Source: Candidatus Moraniibacteriota bacterium
GTDB taxonomy: Bacteria > Patescibacteriota > Minisyncoccia > Moranbacterales > UBA1568
Assembly: GCA_963743885.1 (NCBI GenBank)
Contig: CAVURJ010000001.1
Location: 279,488-343,487, forward strand
Reading direction: 5' to 3'
DNA: 64,000 nucleotides
Both the position numbers and the translations under genes were made by a program. Each line of letters opens with the position of its first letter. The stretch's first letter is position 1. Shown here in pieces: positions 41,000 to 49,379 of the stretch. The notes beneath the pieces were generated by a model, which had not been told where the DNA came from, did no database searches, and saw only the letters and a program-made list of their open reading frames with translations.

Positions 41000-41025
41000 A
41001 GTTCACTTAAACAAGGAGAGGTTCC

Positions 41026-42396
41026 ATGAATAGCGATTTTCGTAGTGATAGCAGTGACCGTTTCTCTGGTCTCAAGGATTTGCTTCCTTCGGGGCGTAGA
41101 GTTGCACAGGTTTTCTTCGGGTTCATCTTTGTTGTCACGGTCTTGTTTTCCAAGGGGATGATCGAGACGAAGGAGGCAGACGATATTCTGGGTATCCAAT
41201 CGATTTGGGATGGCAAGATTACCTGGTATACCGGGACCGAAACGTGGGCCTGGCAGAGCTGGGGGAACACGGTGGTGTTCAAGAAGCGTGCCATTTTCAA
41301 CTTCGACACGCCTGACACATCGCCCGAGGGTATAAAAAAAGGCAGGTGTACTGATGGCATCGAAGTGCGCTTCAACGACGGTGGTCACGGCACTATCTGC
41401 GGCTCCGTTCAATTTGAAATGCCGCTGGATGATGAACACCTGACAGCCATCTTCACCAAGTACAAGAGTCAACCAGCCGTGCAGAGCGCACTGATCGAGA
41501 CAGTGACCGGCAAGTCGGTCTATCTAGCCGGCCCTATGATGTCATCCCGGGAATCGTATGCTGAAAAGCGTAACGACCTCCTTTTCTACATCGAGGATCA
41601 AATCCAGAACGGTGTCTACAAGACACGCCAGCGCGAAGAGCACGTGAAGGACTCGATTACTGGTGTGGAAAAGACGGCGACTATTGCCGAAATCGTCATG
41701 GGCAAGGATGGAAAACCGGAACGTCAGGAAGCGGTATCAGTGCTCGGTTCGTTCGGTATCAAGGTTTTTAACTTCGCTATCAAGCGGTTGCCCTACGATG
41801 ACAAGGTCGAGGAGCAGATTCGTGCGCAACAGGAAATTGCAATGGGCGTGCAAACGTCAATTGCGAATGCGAAGAAGGCCGAGCAGCGCGCAATCACTGT
41901 CGCTGAAGAAGGCAAGGCCAATGCCGCGGAAGCCAAGTGGAAGCAGGAAACCATCAAGGCGACCGAGGTCACCAAGGCTGAGCAGGAAAAAGCAGTGGCC
42001 ATTACAGCCGCCGAGAAAGATCGTGACGTCAACAAGCTTCAAAAGGATGCTGCTGAGTACTACAAACAGCAGCAGATACTGAGAGGCGAAGGTGACGCTG
42101 CCTATCGGCGCAAGGTGATGGAGGCTGACGGGGCACTTGAGAAGAAGCTTGCCACATACGAGACTGTCATGGGCAAGTTCGCTGAAGAGTTCGGCAAGCA
42201 AAAGTGGGTGCCCGAAGTTCAGATGGGCGGAGCCGGGGCTTCTGGTGCAAATTCCGCTCAGACAATGATCGACGTTCTGTCGACCAAGGCCCTTCGTGAT
42301 CTCGGGCTCGATATGAAGATGGAGGCTGGTCGTCGTACTGCTGCGGAGGAATCCGCACCAACGTCAACTCAGGCTAAGCCTGCAGCCAAGAAGTAA
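41026..42396 (+). CDS. SPFH/band-7 (flotillin-like) domain protein
   Basis: N-terminal TM, SPFH-like core, long A/E/K coiled-coil C-terminus similar to flotillin/YqiK. Confidence 0.55.
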   Translation: MNSDFRSDSSDRFSGLKDLLPSGRRVAQVFFGFIFVVTVLFSKGMIETKEADDILGIQSIWDGKITWYTGTETWAWQSWGNTVVFKKRAIFNFDTPDTSPEGIKKGRCTDGIEVRFNDGGHGTICGSVQFEMPLDDEHLTAIFTKYKSQPAVQSALIETVTGKSVYLAGPMMSSRESYAEKRNDLLFYIEDQIQNGVYKTRQREEHVKDSITGVEKTATIAEIVMGKDGKPERQEAVSVLGSFGIKVFNFAIKRLPYDDKVEEQIRAQQEIAMGVQTSIANAKKAEQRAITVAEEGKANAAEAKWKQETIKATEVTKAEQEKAVAITAAEKDRDVNKLQKDAAEYYKQQQILRGEGDAAYRRKVMEADGALEKKLATYETVMGKFAEEFGKQKWVPEVQMGGAGASGANSAQTMIDVLSTKALRDLGLDMKMEAGRRTAAEESAPTSTQAKPAAKK

Positions 42397-42572
42397 TTCG
42401 CTTTAGCGGCAACGCCGTGTGAAGCAAGGGGTTCTACCTACGGGTGGGACCTCTTTTTCTTTTTCTATTGATAAGGAGAGGTTTTTTGCTACCCCGTTAG
42501 AAATACGAATGAGTGCGGAGATGGTTGGTTCAAAAAAAGTGCTTAAAATAAGGTATTCTTCGGTATTTTCTG

Positions 42573-42601
42573 TTGACAAATTTCTAACGGGGTGCTATAC
42601 T
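42573..42601 (+). promoter_or_regulatory. Near-consensus sigma70 promoter TTGACA-17-(TG)TATACT
   Basis: TTGACA at 42573-42578, 17 nt spacer with TG at -15/-14, TATACT at 42596-42601. Confidence 0.6.
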
Positions 42602-42607
42602 GGGATT

Positions 42608-42848
42608 TCTCCGATGAAGGAGAAACGGTTTCGGGTTTCTACCGCCAGGGTAAAAGAGGGCACCCCTCCTAGCGCTTTTTTGCTGAAATGTACGAGAGGC
42701 CGGCTTGCTGGAATCTCGTCGGCTCGCGGTAGAAACCCGAGATCGTGAATCTCAAAAAATATACCAGGTCCGAAATGGAAATAGGACGGCGGTCTAATAA
42801 TCCGCAAAAAGCCCGGGTTCCACATGACTCTCCCGGGCCTTTTTTATT
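42608..42848 (+). ncRNA. Candidate small RNA or leaderless 44-aa basic peptide transcript
   Basis: Strong promoter, ATG 3-5 nt after the predicted TSS, long-range pairing gggtttctaccgc (42630) / gcggtagaaaccc (42733), terminator aaaaagcccggg..cccgggcctttttt at 42806-42848. Confidence 0.35.
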
Positions 42849-42908
42849 TTTTACATACTATACATCCTCAAGTGGTCGTGGAGAGATGTGTAATTTTTTT
42901 GTATATCT

Positions 42909-43532
42909 CTAGTGTTTCGTAGAGAGCCAGGTGAGAATCTCATCTTTCGCTTTCGGGAAGATTCCAGAAAGTTGCGCGAGCTCGTCGGAAGAGAGTTTGC
43001 CGAGGACGTAGTCGTGCGAAGGCCCGCCCACACCGCTTCGCGGAGTGCTTCGGGCAGGTTGGCAGGCGCCGAGGACCTCGGTCGGCCCGCCCGCAACGTT
43101 TCGCGTAGCGATTCGGGCAGGCCGGCCGATACCGAGACGGATGCGGAAGAAATCCTGGAGCCCGAGTTTGTCGATGATATCTTGCACGCCGTTGTGTCCG
43201 GCAGCGCGAGACGAGTCCGTCGTGCGGAGCGTGCCTGGGGCGATGTCGAGGTCATCATGGACGATAGTGATGTCGGACGGGGAGAGCTTATAGAAATGCA
43301 TGATCGATTGGACGGGTGTGCCGGATGTGTTCATGAAGGTTTCTGGTTTCATGATGATGACTTTTTCGGAGCCGATCATACCAGAGGAGAGCTCAGCCGA
43401 CAGCTTCTTGTCGGATCTGAACTCTTCGAAGCCGAGCTCCTTGCGGAGGAAGTCGACGAAGAGGAAGCCGGCGTTGTGCCGAGTCATGGAGTACTTTTCC
43501 CCTGGATTACCTAACCCTATAATTAATTTCAT
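42909..43532 (-). CDS. pth: Peptidyl-tRNA hydrolase with a ~33 aa in-frame insertion
   Basis: GLGNPG..Y..TRHNAGF, HDDLD, RLGIGRP...HDYVLGK. The inserted stretch between GIGRP and HDYVLGK is encoded by the tandem GC-rich repeats at 43021-43132. Confidence 0.85.
   Translation of the reverse strand: MKLIIGLGNPGEKYSMTRHNAGFLFVDFLRKELGFEEFRSDKKLSAELSSGMIGSEKVIIMKPETFMNTSGTPVQSIMHFYKLSPSDITIVHDDLDIAPGTLRTTDSSRAAGHNGVQDIIDKLGLQDFFRIRLGIGRPARIATRNVAGGPTEVLGACQPARSTPRSGVGGPSHDYVLGKLSSDELAQLSGIFPKAKDEILTWLSTKH
43021..43132. repeat. Tandem GC-rich repeat (two diverged ~50-60 nt units) lying in frame inside the pth coding sequence
   Basis: ggcccgcccacaccgcttcgcggagtgcttcgggcagg... followed by ggcccgcccgcaacgtttcgcgtagcgattcgggcagg... 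. The second unit is nearly identical to 35374-35412. Confidence 0.7.
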
Positions 43533-43544
43533 ATTTAAATTCAA

Positions 43545-43684
43545 AACTCAAAATTACAAGCTCCAAATAAACTTCAAATTTCAAATACAAAACCTAGAAC
43601 GTTTTGAATGTTTGGATTTTGATATTGTGATTTATTTGGAAATTGGGATTTTGAATTTGGTGCTTTCGGAGAGTATTTCATGTG
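43545..43684. repeat. AT-rich intergenic repeat, paralogous to 15186-15326
   Basis: Shared blocks tacaagctccaaataaacttcaaa and gattttgaatttggtgcttt. Confidence 0.55.
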
Positions 43685-45265
43685 TTATTTCTTCTTCCGG
43701 GGTTGTGGGGCGAGTGGTTCAGAGAAGGTCGTGTCTTCTGGTTCGGCGGCTTCGGTGGCGTTTTCATCGAAGTCGAGCCGGTCGGCTATATCGGCGCCGA
43801 TCACGATCACAAAATCGGCTCCTGCTGGTGAGGCGATGCCCGCCGGAAGGGAGGGAGAGAGTCCGAGTCCGAAGCGCTTCATGAGTTCGTCGAGCGAGTA
43901 CGGTTTCTGCCCGCCGCTCCTGTCGACTATGATACTCCGTCCAGAGCGGTTTTCCAATGCGCCGGATTTTGAGAGGGAAATGTCTTCGAAGGGGAGGTCG
44001 CTCTGGATGATACTTGAAAGCTTGCGTGCGGTCGTAGTGTCGTCTGCGGCGGAGAGGATGGTGAGCGACGGTTCCTCGCTTCCAATCTTGGCCTGGCGCT
44101 CCCGGATGGCGCCGAGGTCGAAGACGTGCTCCGAGACATCGTGGATCTCGCTCCAGTCGCCGACGCGCGGTACGAGGATGAAAGCGGCGACTGGGCCGAC
44201 CTGGACGTGTGAGACGCGGAGCAGACTATCCTTCTTCCAGGCATCGATGACGGCCGTGGAGATATTCTTTGTGTCGATGGTCCTAGAAAGCTCGATGAAG
44301 CTCTTCATCTCGTCGAGGCTCATATCAGTCCGGACGCTTTCGCCGAGCGCATCGAGGAGGCCGCTTATGGCGAAGGCATTGAGGAGTGTGCCGGTCGAAA
44401 AGGCTTTGTCGCGGACGGCCTGGATCACCTGCTGCTGGCGTTTGGCACGGCCGAAGTCGCCTTCCGGATCATTGTGCCGTTCGCGGACGTATTTGAGTGC
44501 CGTCGCGCCGTCGAGTGTCTGCCAGCCTTTCTTGATATCGAAGGTTTCGTAGCTGTAGTTCTTGCCTGGGTAGCGTTCGTCGTGGAAGTCGCGCACGACA
44601 TCGACTGATACGCCGCCGATCGCGTCGATCGCTTTCTCGAAGCCATCGAAGTCGAGTGTGGCAAAGTAATGTATTTTCTGCCCGGTCATCTCCTCGACGG
44701 AAGCCCTGACTACGGAGGCGCCATCTCCGCCGCTTAGTCCGTACTGGTAGAGTGAGTTGAGCTTGGTATAGAGGTCGGAGCCAGGGATCGGGGCGTAGAG
44801 GTCGCGTGGCAAGGAAAGGAGGGCGACGCGCTTCTTCTCGGTGTCGATGCTCATGAGCATGACGGTATCGGTGAGTTCGCGTCCCGGATAGCGTGCGCCG
44901 GCCCGGCCCAGGAGGAGGATATTGATGCGGCCGCTGTCTTCGCCGAGGAGCTCTGCTCGATCATCATGGATGACCGATCCAGCGATGCTTCTGATCTGCG
45001 AGAGGAATCCGGCGTGGTTCTCAATCTGGATGCCGCTGCCTGTCTGGAGCCCTTTGCCGACGATGAAGAGAAATGCCCCCGCGATGCCGAGGAGGATAAT
45101 ACCGGAAACGATGAGGAGTATTTTACTGATTCGTCGTTTCGGGTGGTTCGTGGTGCGTGGCGCTGCTCTCTCCGGCGCGGGCGTTTCCGGGGCAGCCTGA
45201 AGCGGCGCCGGTGGGTAGCTGGGGGTCGGGATCCCTGTTGGTGTTGGCTTGCGGAGTCCGTCCAT
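43685..45265 (-). CDS. LytR-CpsA-Psr (LCP) family cell-envelope glycopolymer transferase
   Basis: N-terminal TM. DTVMLMSIDTEKKRVALLSLPRDLY LCP core. C-terminal LytR_C-like domain. Confidence 0.75.
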   Translation of the reverse strand: MDGLRKPTPTGIPTPSYPPAPLQAAPETPAPERAAPRTTNHPKRRISKILLIVSGIILLGIAGAFLFIVGKGLQTGSGIQIENHAGFLSQIRSIAGSVIHDDRAELLGEDSGRINILLLGRAGARYPGRELTDTVMLMSIDTEKKRVALLSLPRDLYAPIPGSDLYTKLNSLYQYGLSGGDGASVVRASVEEMTGQKIHYFATLDFDGFEKAIDAIGGVSVDVVRDFHDERYPGKNYSYETFDIKKGWQTLDGATALKYVRERHNDPEGDFGRAKRQQQVIQAVRDKAFSTGTLLNAFAISGLLDALGESVRTDMSLDEMKSFIELSRTIDTKNISTAVIDAWKKDSLLRVSHVQVGPVAAFILVPRVGDWSEIHDVSEHVFDLGAIRERQAKIGSEEPSLTILSAADDTTTARKLSSIIQSDLPFEDISLSKSGALENRSGRSIIVDRSGGQKPYSLDELMKRFGLGLSPSLPAGIASPAGADFVIVIGADIADRLDFDENATEAAEPEDTTFSEPLAPQPRKKK

Positions 45266-45388
45266 GATTGGTGGTTCGTTTCTGGCTTTCTAGAGGGGAA
45301 ATATGACCCTTGCCAAAGCGCAGAAAACCTGTTAGAATACTGATGTTTTTACGCTTTTTTTCTGAGTATTTCTCCTAAATCTTACCGT

Positions 45389-46024
45389 ATGATGGAAGAC
45401 CCGAAAAAAGAGGCTGGCCAGCTGCCGCCGGAAGAGGAGTATCTGAGCATTGGCGGGCTGCTTTTGGAGATGGTCAAAGTGTTTCTCCTGGCCGTAGTTA
45501 TCATTATACCGGTCAGGGTCTTTTTGTTCCAGCCGTTCTTCGTCCAGGGCTCGAGCATGGAGCCGAACTTCGAAGACGGGCAGTATCTCGTCATCAGCGA
45601 GTTCGGCTACAAGCAGACGACCGTCGATGCTATCGAGAAGCTCGGCTTCACTGTTCGACCGTTCAAAGAGATTACGCGCCAGGACGTGGCGGTCTTCCGG
45701 TATCCGAAGCATCCGGAGCAGTACTTCATCAAGCGTGTCATCGGGCTTCCAGGCGAAGCCGTGGAGATCAAGAAGGGTAAGGTCATCATCTACAACGGCA
45801 TACATCCAGAGGGCTTTGCTCTCGATGAGAGCGCGTACCTGAGCCCGGCCGTCGTGACGCAGGATATGCCGCGCACCGAGGTTGGTGAGAATGAATACTT
45901 CATGATGGGTGATAACCGGACCCAGAGTTATGATTCCCGTTCTATCGGCCCGGTCAACAAGGACAAGATCATCGGACGCGTGCTCATGCGTGCCTGGCCG
46001 ATCGGATATTTCTCGGTTTACTAA
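45389..46024 (+). CDS. lepB: Signal peptidase I
   Basis: GSSMEP (catalytic Ser box), KRVIGLPGE, GDNRTQSYDSR. Confidence 0.85.
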   Translation: MMEDPKKEAGQLPPEEEYLSIGGLLLEMVKVFLLAVVIIIPVRVFLFQPFFVQGSSMEPNFEDGQYLVISEFGYKQTTVDAIEKLGFTVRPFKEITRQDVAVFRYPKHPEQYFIKRVIGLPGEAVEIKKGKVIIYNGIHPEGFALDESAYLSPAVVTQDMPRTEVGENEYFMMGDNRTQSYDSRSIGPVNKDKIIGRVLMRAWPIGYFSVY

Positions 46025-46061
46025 TCAATCGTTTCCTATTGTTATAACTAACGCTCGTGCT

Positions 46062-47540
46062 ATGGCTCAGAAGAAAACCGCCGCGAAGGCTGTGAAGAAG
46101 GCTCCAGCGAAGAAGAACAATCTGCCAGCTGGCGGAAAGAAGGATTCGACGAAGAAGACGGCCACCTCTGGTAAGCTGACAGCTCCGGCTGCCGCCCAGG
46201 AAGAGATGCTGCTCCAGGCGCTTCGCGGGATGCGCGATATCCTGCCGGATGAGCAGCCACATTGGGAGCGCGTGCGCCGGACGCTTACGCATGCCCAGCA
46301 GGAGTACGGCTTCCAGCGTATCGATCTGCCGACGGTGGAGTATGCGCACCTCTATCTGCGTACCATCGGCGAGGGTACTGATATTGTCGACAAGGAGATC
46401 TATCTCTTCAATACCCGTGGCGGCGACCGCGTGGCGCTCCGGCCTGAAATGACGGCTGGTCTCTGTCGCGCGTATATTGAGCACGGCATGAGCGTGCTTC
46501 CGAAGCCGATCAAGCTTTTCACGATGGGCCCGGTGTTCCGTTATGACCGTCCGCAGGAGGGGCGCTACCGTGAGCACTGGCAGGCCAATTTCGATATGTT
46601 CGGCGAGAGCGACCCGATCCTCGATGCGCAGGCGATCCAGCTTGCTTATCGCGTAGTGAGCCAGCTTGGCCTCAAGAATATCGAGTTCCAGGTCAATTCC
46701 ATTGGCACGCCGGAATCCCGCAAGGAGTATTCCAAGGCGCTGGTCCGCTATCTGGAATCCCAGAAGCACAAGCTCTGCCAGAACTGCCGTGAACGCCTGG
46801 TCACGAATCCGATGCGTGTGATCGACTGCAAGGAGGACAAGTGCATCCAGCTGACAGCTCAGGCACCGCAGTCTCTCGACTATCTCGACCAGGATTCCCG
46901 CAACCACTTTAAGCGCCTGCTTGAGTACCTCGATGAGCTCGAGCTGCCGTACACCATCAATACCCGGCTCGTGCGCGGCCTCGACTACTATACCAATACG
47001 GTCTTCGAGATTCGCTCGACTGACAAGGAGGGCCGCAACTACTCGCTCGGCGGCGGCGGACGCTATGATCGTCTCATAGAGCAGTTGGGCGGCGAGCCGA
47101 CCCCGGCTATCGGATTTGGTCTTGGTCTCGACCGCATCGTGCTCGAGATGAAGCGTACTCAGGTCAAGCCGTACGAGCAGCCGAAGGCCAAAGTCTTCCT
47201 CGCACAGCTTGGTGATATGGCCAAGAAGAAGAGTCTCCGATTGTTCGCTGATCTCGAGAAGAGCGGCATCATCATCGCTGAATCATTCGGCCGTGGCAGC
47301 CTCAAGTCGCAGCTCCGCGTGGCCAACCGGCTCGGCGTCGAAGTGACGATCATCATCGGCCAGAAGGAGGCGCTCGATGGTACAGCAATCATGAAGGACA
47401 TGGTCTCCGGTACGCAGGAAACGGTCATCCAAGAGAAGCTCGTTGATGCTGTGAAGAAGATCTTGAAGAGCAATCAGGCGCTCGGCCCGGTCGTACCGCT
47501 CCAGAAGCCGACCGATGAAGACGAAGCTGAAGGAGAGTAA
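46062..47540 (+). CDS. hisS: Histidyl-tRNA synthetase with a K/A/P-rich N-terminal extension
   Basis: ALRGMRDILP (HisRS motif 1 region), class II core, C-terminal anticodon-binding domain. ~40 aa basic extension AQKKTAAKAVKKAPAKK... precedes it. Confidence 0.85.
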   Translation: MAQKKTAAKAVKKAPAKKNNLPAGGKKDSTKKTATSGKLTAPAAAQEEMLLQALRGMRDILPDEQPHWERVRRTLTHAQQEYGFQRIDLPTVEYAHLYLRTIGEGTDIVDKEIYLFNTRGGDRVALRPEMTAGLCRAYIEHGMSVLPKPIKLFTMGPVFRYDRPQEGRYREHWQANFDMFGESDPILDAQAIQLAYRVVSQLGLKNIEFQVNSIGTPESRKEYSKALVRYLESQKHKLCQNCRERLVTNPMRVIDCKEDKCIQLTAQAPQSLDYLDQDSRNHFKRLLEYLDELELPYTINTRLVRGLDYYTNTVFEIRSTDKEGRNYSLGGGGRYDRLIEQLGGEPTPAIGFGLGLDRIVLEMKRTQVKPYEQPKAKVFLAQLGDMAKKKSLRLFADLEKSGIIIAESFGRGSLKSQLRVANRLGVEVTIIIGQKEALDGTAIMKDMVSGTQETVIQEKLVDAVKKILKSNQALGPVVPLQKPTDEDEAEGE

Positions 47541-47562
47541 TGGATATTCTGTAAGTTTTTCC

Positions 47563-47712
47563 GTTCCACGGTCTCCGTCGAACATCCCTGACTCGCTCTG
47601 CCGAACAGGGGGCTGTCCGCTCTGAGGCCCGAAACGGTCCCGAGCGTCACGCCCGACCGTTGCCGGCTCGCTCATCACGGATGTGGCCGCCGTCATCCGA
47701 AGGAAGGAAAAA
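47563..47712. repeat. Copy P of a ~150 bp intergenic repeat (second copy Q at 54307-54456)
   Basis: ttccacggtctccgtcgaacatccctgactcgctctgccgaacagggggctg... versus ttccacgatcttcgtcgaacatttctgactcgctctgtcgaacggggagctg... are ~80% identical over ~140 nt. Confidence 0.7.
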
Positions 47713-47755
47713 CATCACAGAAATCCATTATGAGGTAAGATGAAAGAAGGAGAGT

Positions 47756-48106
47756 ATGGCAGACACTGTTTTCGGAAAAATCATCAGGAAGGAGATTCCG
47801 GCAGATATCGTCTACGAGGATGACGAGATTCTGGCGTTCAAGGATATCCATCCGATCGCTCCAGTGCATATCCTCATCATTCCCAAGAAGCCGATCGAGA
47901 GCATCGCGCTTATGGAGGATGAGGATGCGCTGGTGGTAGGGAGGATGTTCCTGGTAGCCCGCAATATCGCCCAGGACTTGAACATTTCGGAAAAAGGGTA
48001 TAAGCTGCTCATCCGGGTCGGGAAGGGCGGCGGGCAGGAAGTGCCACATCTCCACCTGCATCTTCTGGGAGGAGCGAGGCTTACAGAGGACATTCACCCT
48101 GTGTAA
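47756..48106 (+). CDS. HIT family (histidine triad) protein
   Basis: HLHLHLL histidine triad. Hint-like length (116 aa). Confidence 0.9.
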   Translation: MADTVFGKIIRKEIPADIVYEDDEILAFKDIHPIAPVHILIIPKKPIESIALMEDEDALVVGRMFLVARNIAQDLNISEKGYKLLIRVGKGGGQEVPHLHLHLLGGARLTEDIHPV

Positions 48107-48271
48107 TTCCGCCATAGGCGGACCGGCGAAGCCGGATTACACAGGGTAAATCCAGTGTAATTGTATCTTTGCTGTCATTTTGAGCAGATTGAAGAATCCC
48201 GAGATCCTTCGCTTTGCTCAGGATGACAGAAACAATATCATTCTGAATATCTAGGAAAGGAGGTCGTTTTT

Positions 48272-48520
48272 ATGATCCAAGTGAAAAGAAAAGAGCGCGA
48301 GACAGCCGAAAGCCTGATCCGTCGTTTTTCCCGTCGTGTCCAGCAGAGCGGTGTGCTTCGTCGCGTCCGCAAACTGCGCTTCCGCCAGGAGGAGCAGAGC
48401 CGCGATGTACGACGTTCCGAAGCTCTCTACAAGGTCAAGATCCGCAAGGAGATCAATCGCCTGAAGAAGCTCGGCAAGTTCGATGAAGACGCGCTTCGCG
48501 ATATCAAGAAGAAGATGTAA
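48272..48520 (+). CDS. rpsU: 30S ribosomal protein S21 (bS21)
   Basis: Short basic protein. KRKERETAESLIRRFSRRVQQSGVLRRVRKLRFRQ matches the bS21 pattern. GGAAAGGAGG SD. Confidence 0.75.
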   Translation: MIQVKRKERETAESLIRRFSRRVQQSGVLRRVRKLRFRQEEQSRDVRRSEALYKVKIRKEINRLKKLGKFDEDALRDIKKKM

Positions 48521-48692
48521 TATCGGCTGTTTTTCAGTGCGATTGCCAGGCCATCGAGATGTCTTTTGTGGGACATGGCGGTGGCCTGGTTGTGTTTTTG
48601 AAATCCAAAAATCAAAATCACAAATCCCAAACAAGTTCCAATGACCGAAATTCAAAATCCGAAACGTTTTGAGTTTTGATGGTTGGGATTTA

Positions 48693-48870
48693 TTACCAAG
48701 TGTAGTGAGTGAAACGAGAGTTTACTCTCGTTTCCGAACGGAGCGCAGGTAAAATCGGGTTGAATACCTCGCGGCTTGCCCGCCTAGCCGGCGAGGCTGG
48801 CCGCAGAATAAAACGAACATCAGTTCGTTTTTAGGGTCCAGGGCTTGCCCTGGGGTGAATACCCGTTATA
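48693..48870 (+). repeat. Copy Y of the ~170 bp structured repeat family (with a 21 nt internal insert)
   Basis: Aligns with 58263-58423 and with the reverse complement of 1382-1540. Hairpins with CUUG loops and compensatory stem changes. Confidence 0.75.
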
Positions 48871-48920
48871 ATTTATTTGTGAATTGTGATTTTGAATTTT
48901 GTATTTTTAAGGAAAAAGAT

Positions 48921-49373
48921 ATGGCTTTATACGAAACCATTGGCAACCATCTCAAGGAGGCTATGAAGTCGGGCGATACGTTCCGTCGTGATACACTCCG
49001 CCTCGTTCAGAGCGCCGTGAAGAACGTCGCGATTGACAAGTTGAAGAGTCCGGTTGATTTGTCTGATAGTGAGATAGAGGAGGTGCTCCGCCGTTTGGTG
49101 AAGCAGCGCAAGGATAGCGTCGAGCAGTACCGCGCCGGCGGCCGCGAGGATCTGGCGTCGGGCGAGGAAGCTGAGCTTAATCTGCTCGCGACCTATCTGC
49201 CGCAGGCGATGCCGGAAGCTGAGCTTCGGACGCTTGTCGAGGAAGCGCTTAAGGAATCAGGAATCGCGGAGAAGTCCAAGATGGGCCAGGCGATGGGTGT
49301 CGTCATGAAGAAAGTCGCTGGTCGCGCTTCGGGCGATGATGTTCGCAAGATGGTGGAGTCGCTGCTCGCATAG
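48921..49373 (+). CDS. GatB/YqeY domain-containing protein
   Basis: YETIGNHLKEAMKSGDTFRRDTLRLVQSAVKN...LATYLPQ matches the YqeY family. Confidence 0.75.
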   Translation: MALYETIGNHLKEAMKSGDTFRRDTLRLVQSAVKNVAIDKLKSPVDLSDSEIEEVLRRLVKQRKDSVEQYRAGGREDLASGEEAELNLLATYLPQAMPEAELRTLVEEALKESGIAEKSKMGQAMGVVMKKVAGRASGDDVRKMVESLLA

Positions 49374-49379
49374 GCTGTT

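Noticed and set aside
43021-43132. CRISPR-like interpretation of short tandem repeats (here and in the GAAGCT/ATAAAGT arrays)
   Set aside because: The repeats are 8-60 nt with no regularly sized unique spacers and no cas genes. Some are inside coding sequence.
47283-47696. Minus-strand ORFs 47283..47696 and 53843..54418 sharing an LPVRQSES.MFD.DRG peptide
   Set aside because: The similarity comes from the ~150 bp DNA repeat (P/Q copies) read in one frame, not from a protein family. Both extend antisense into hisS or nrdR/yggU.
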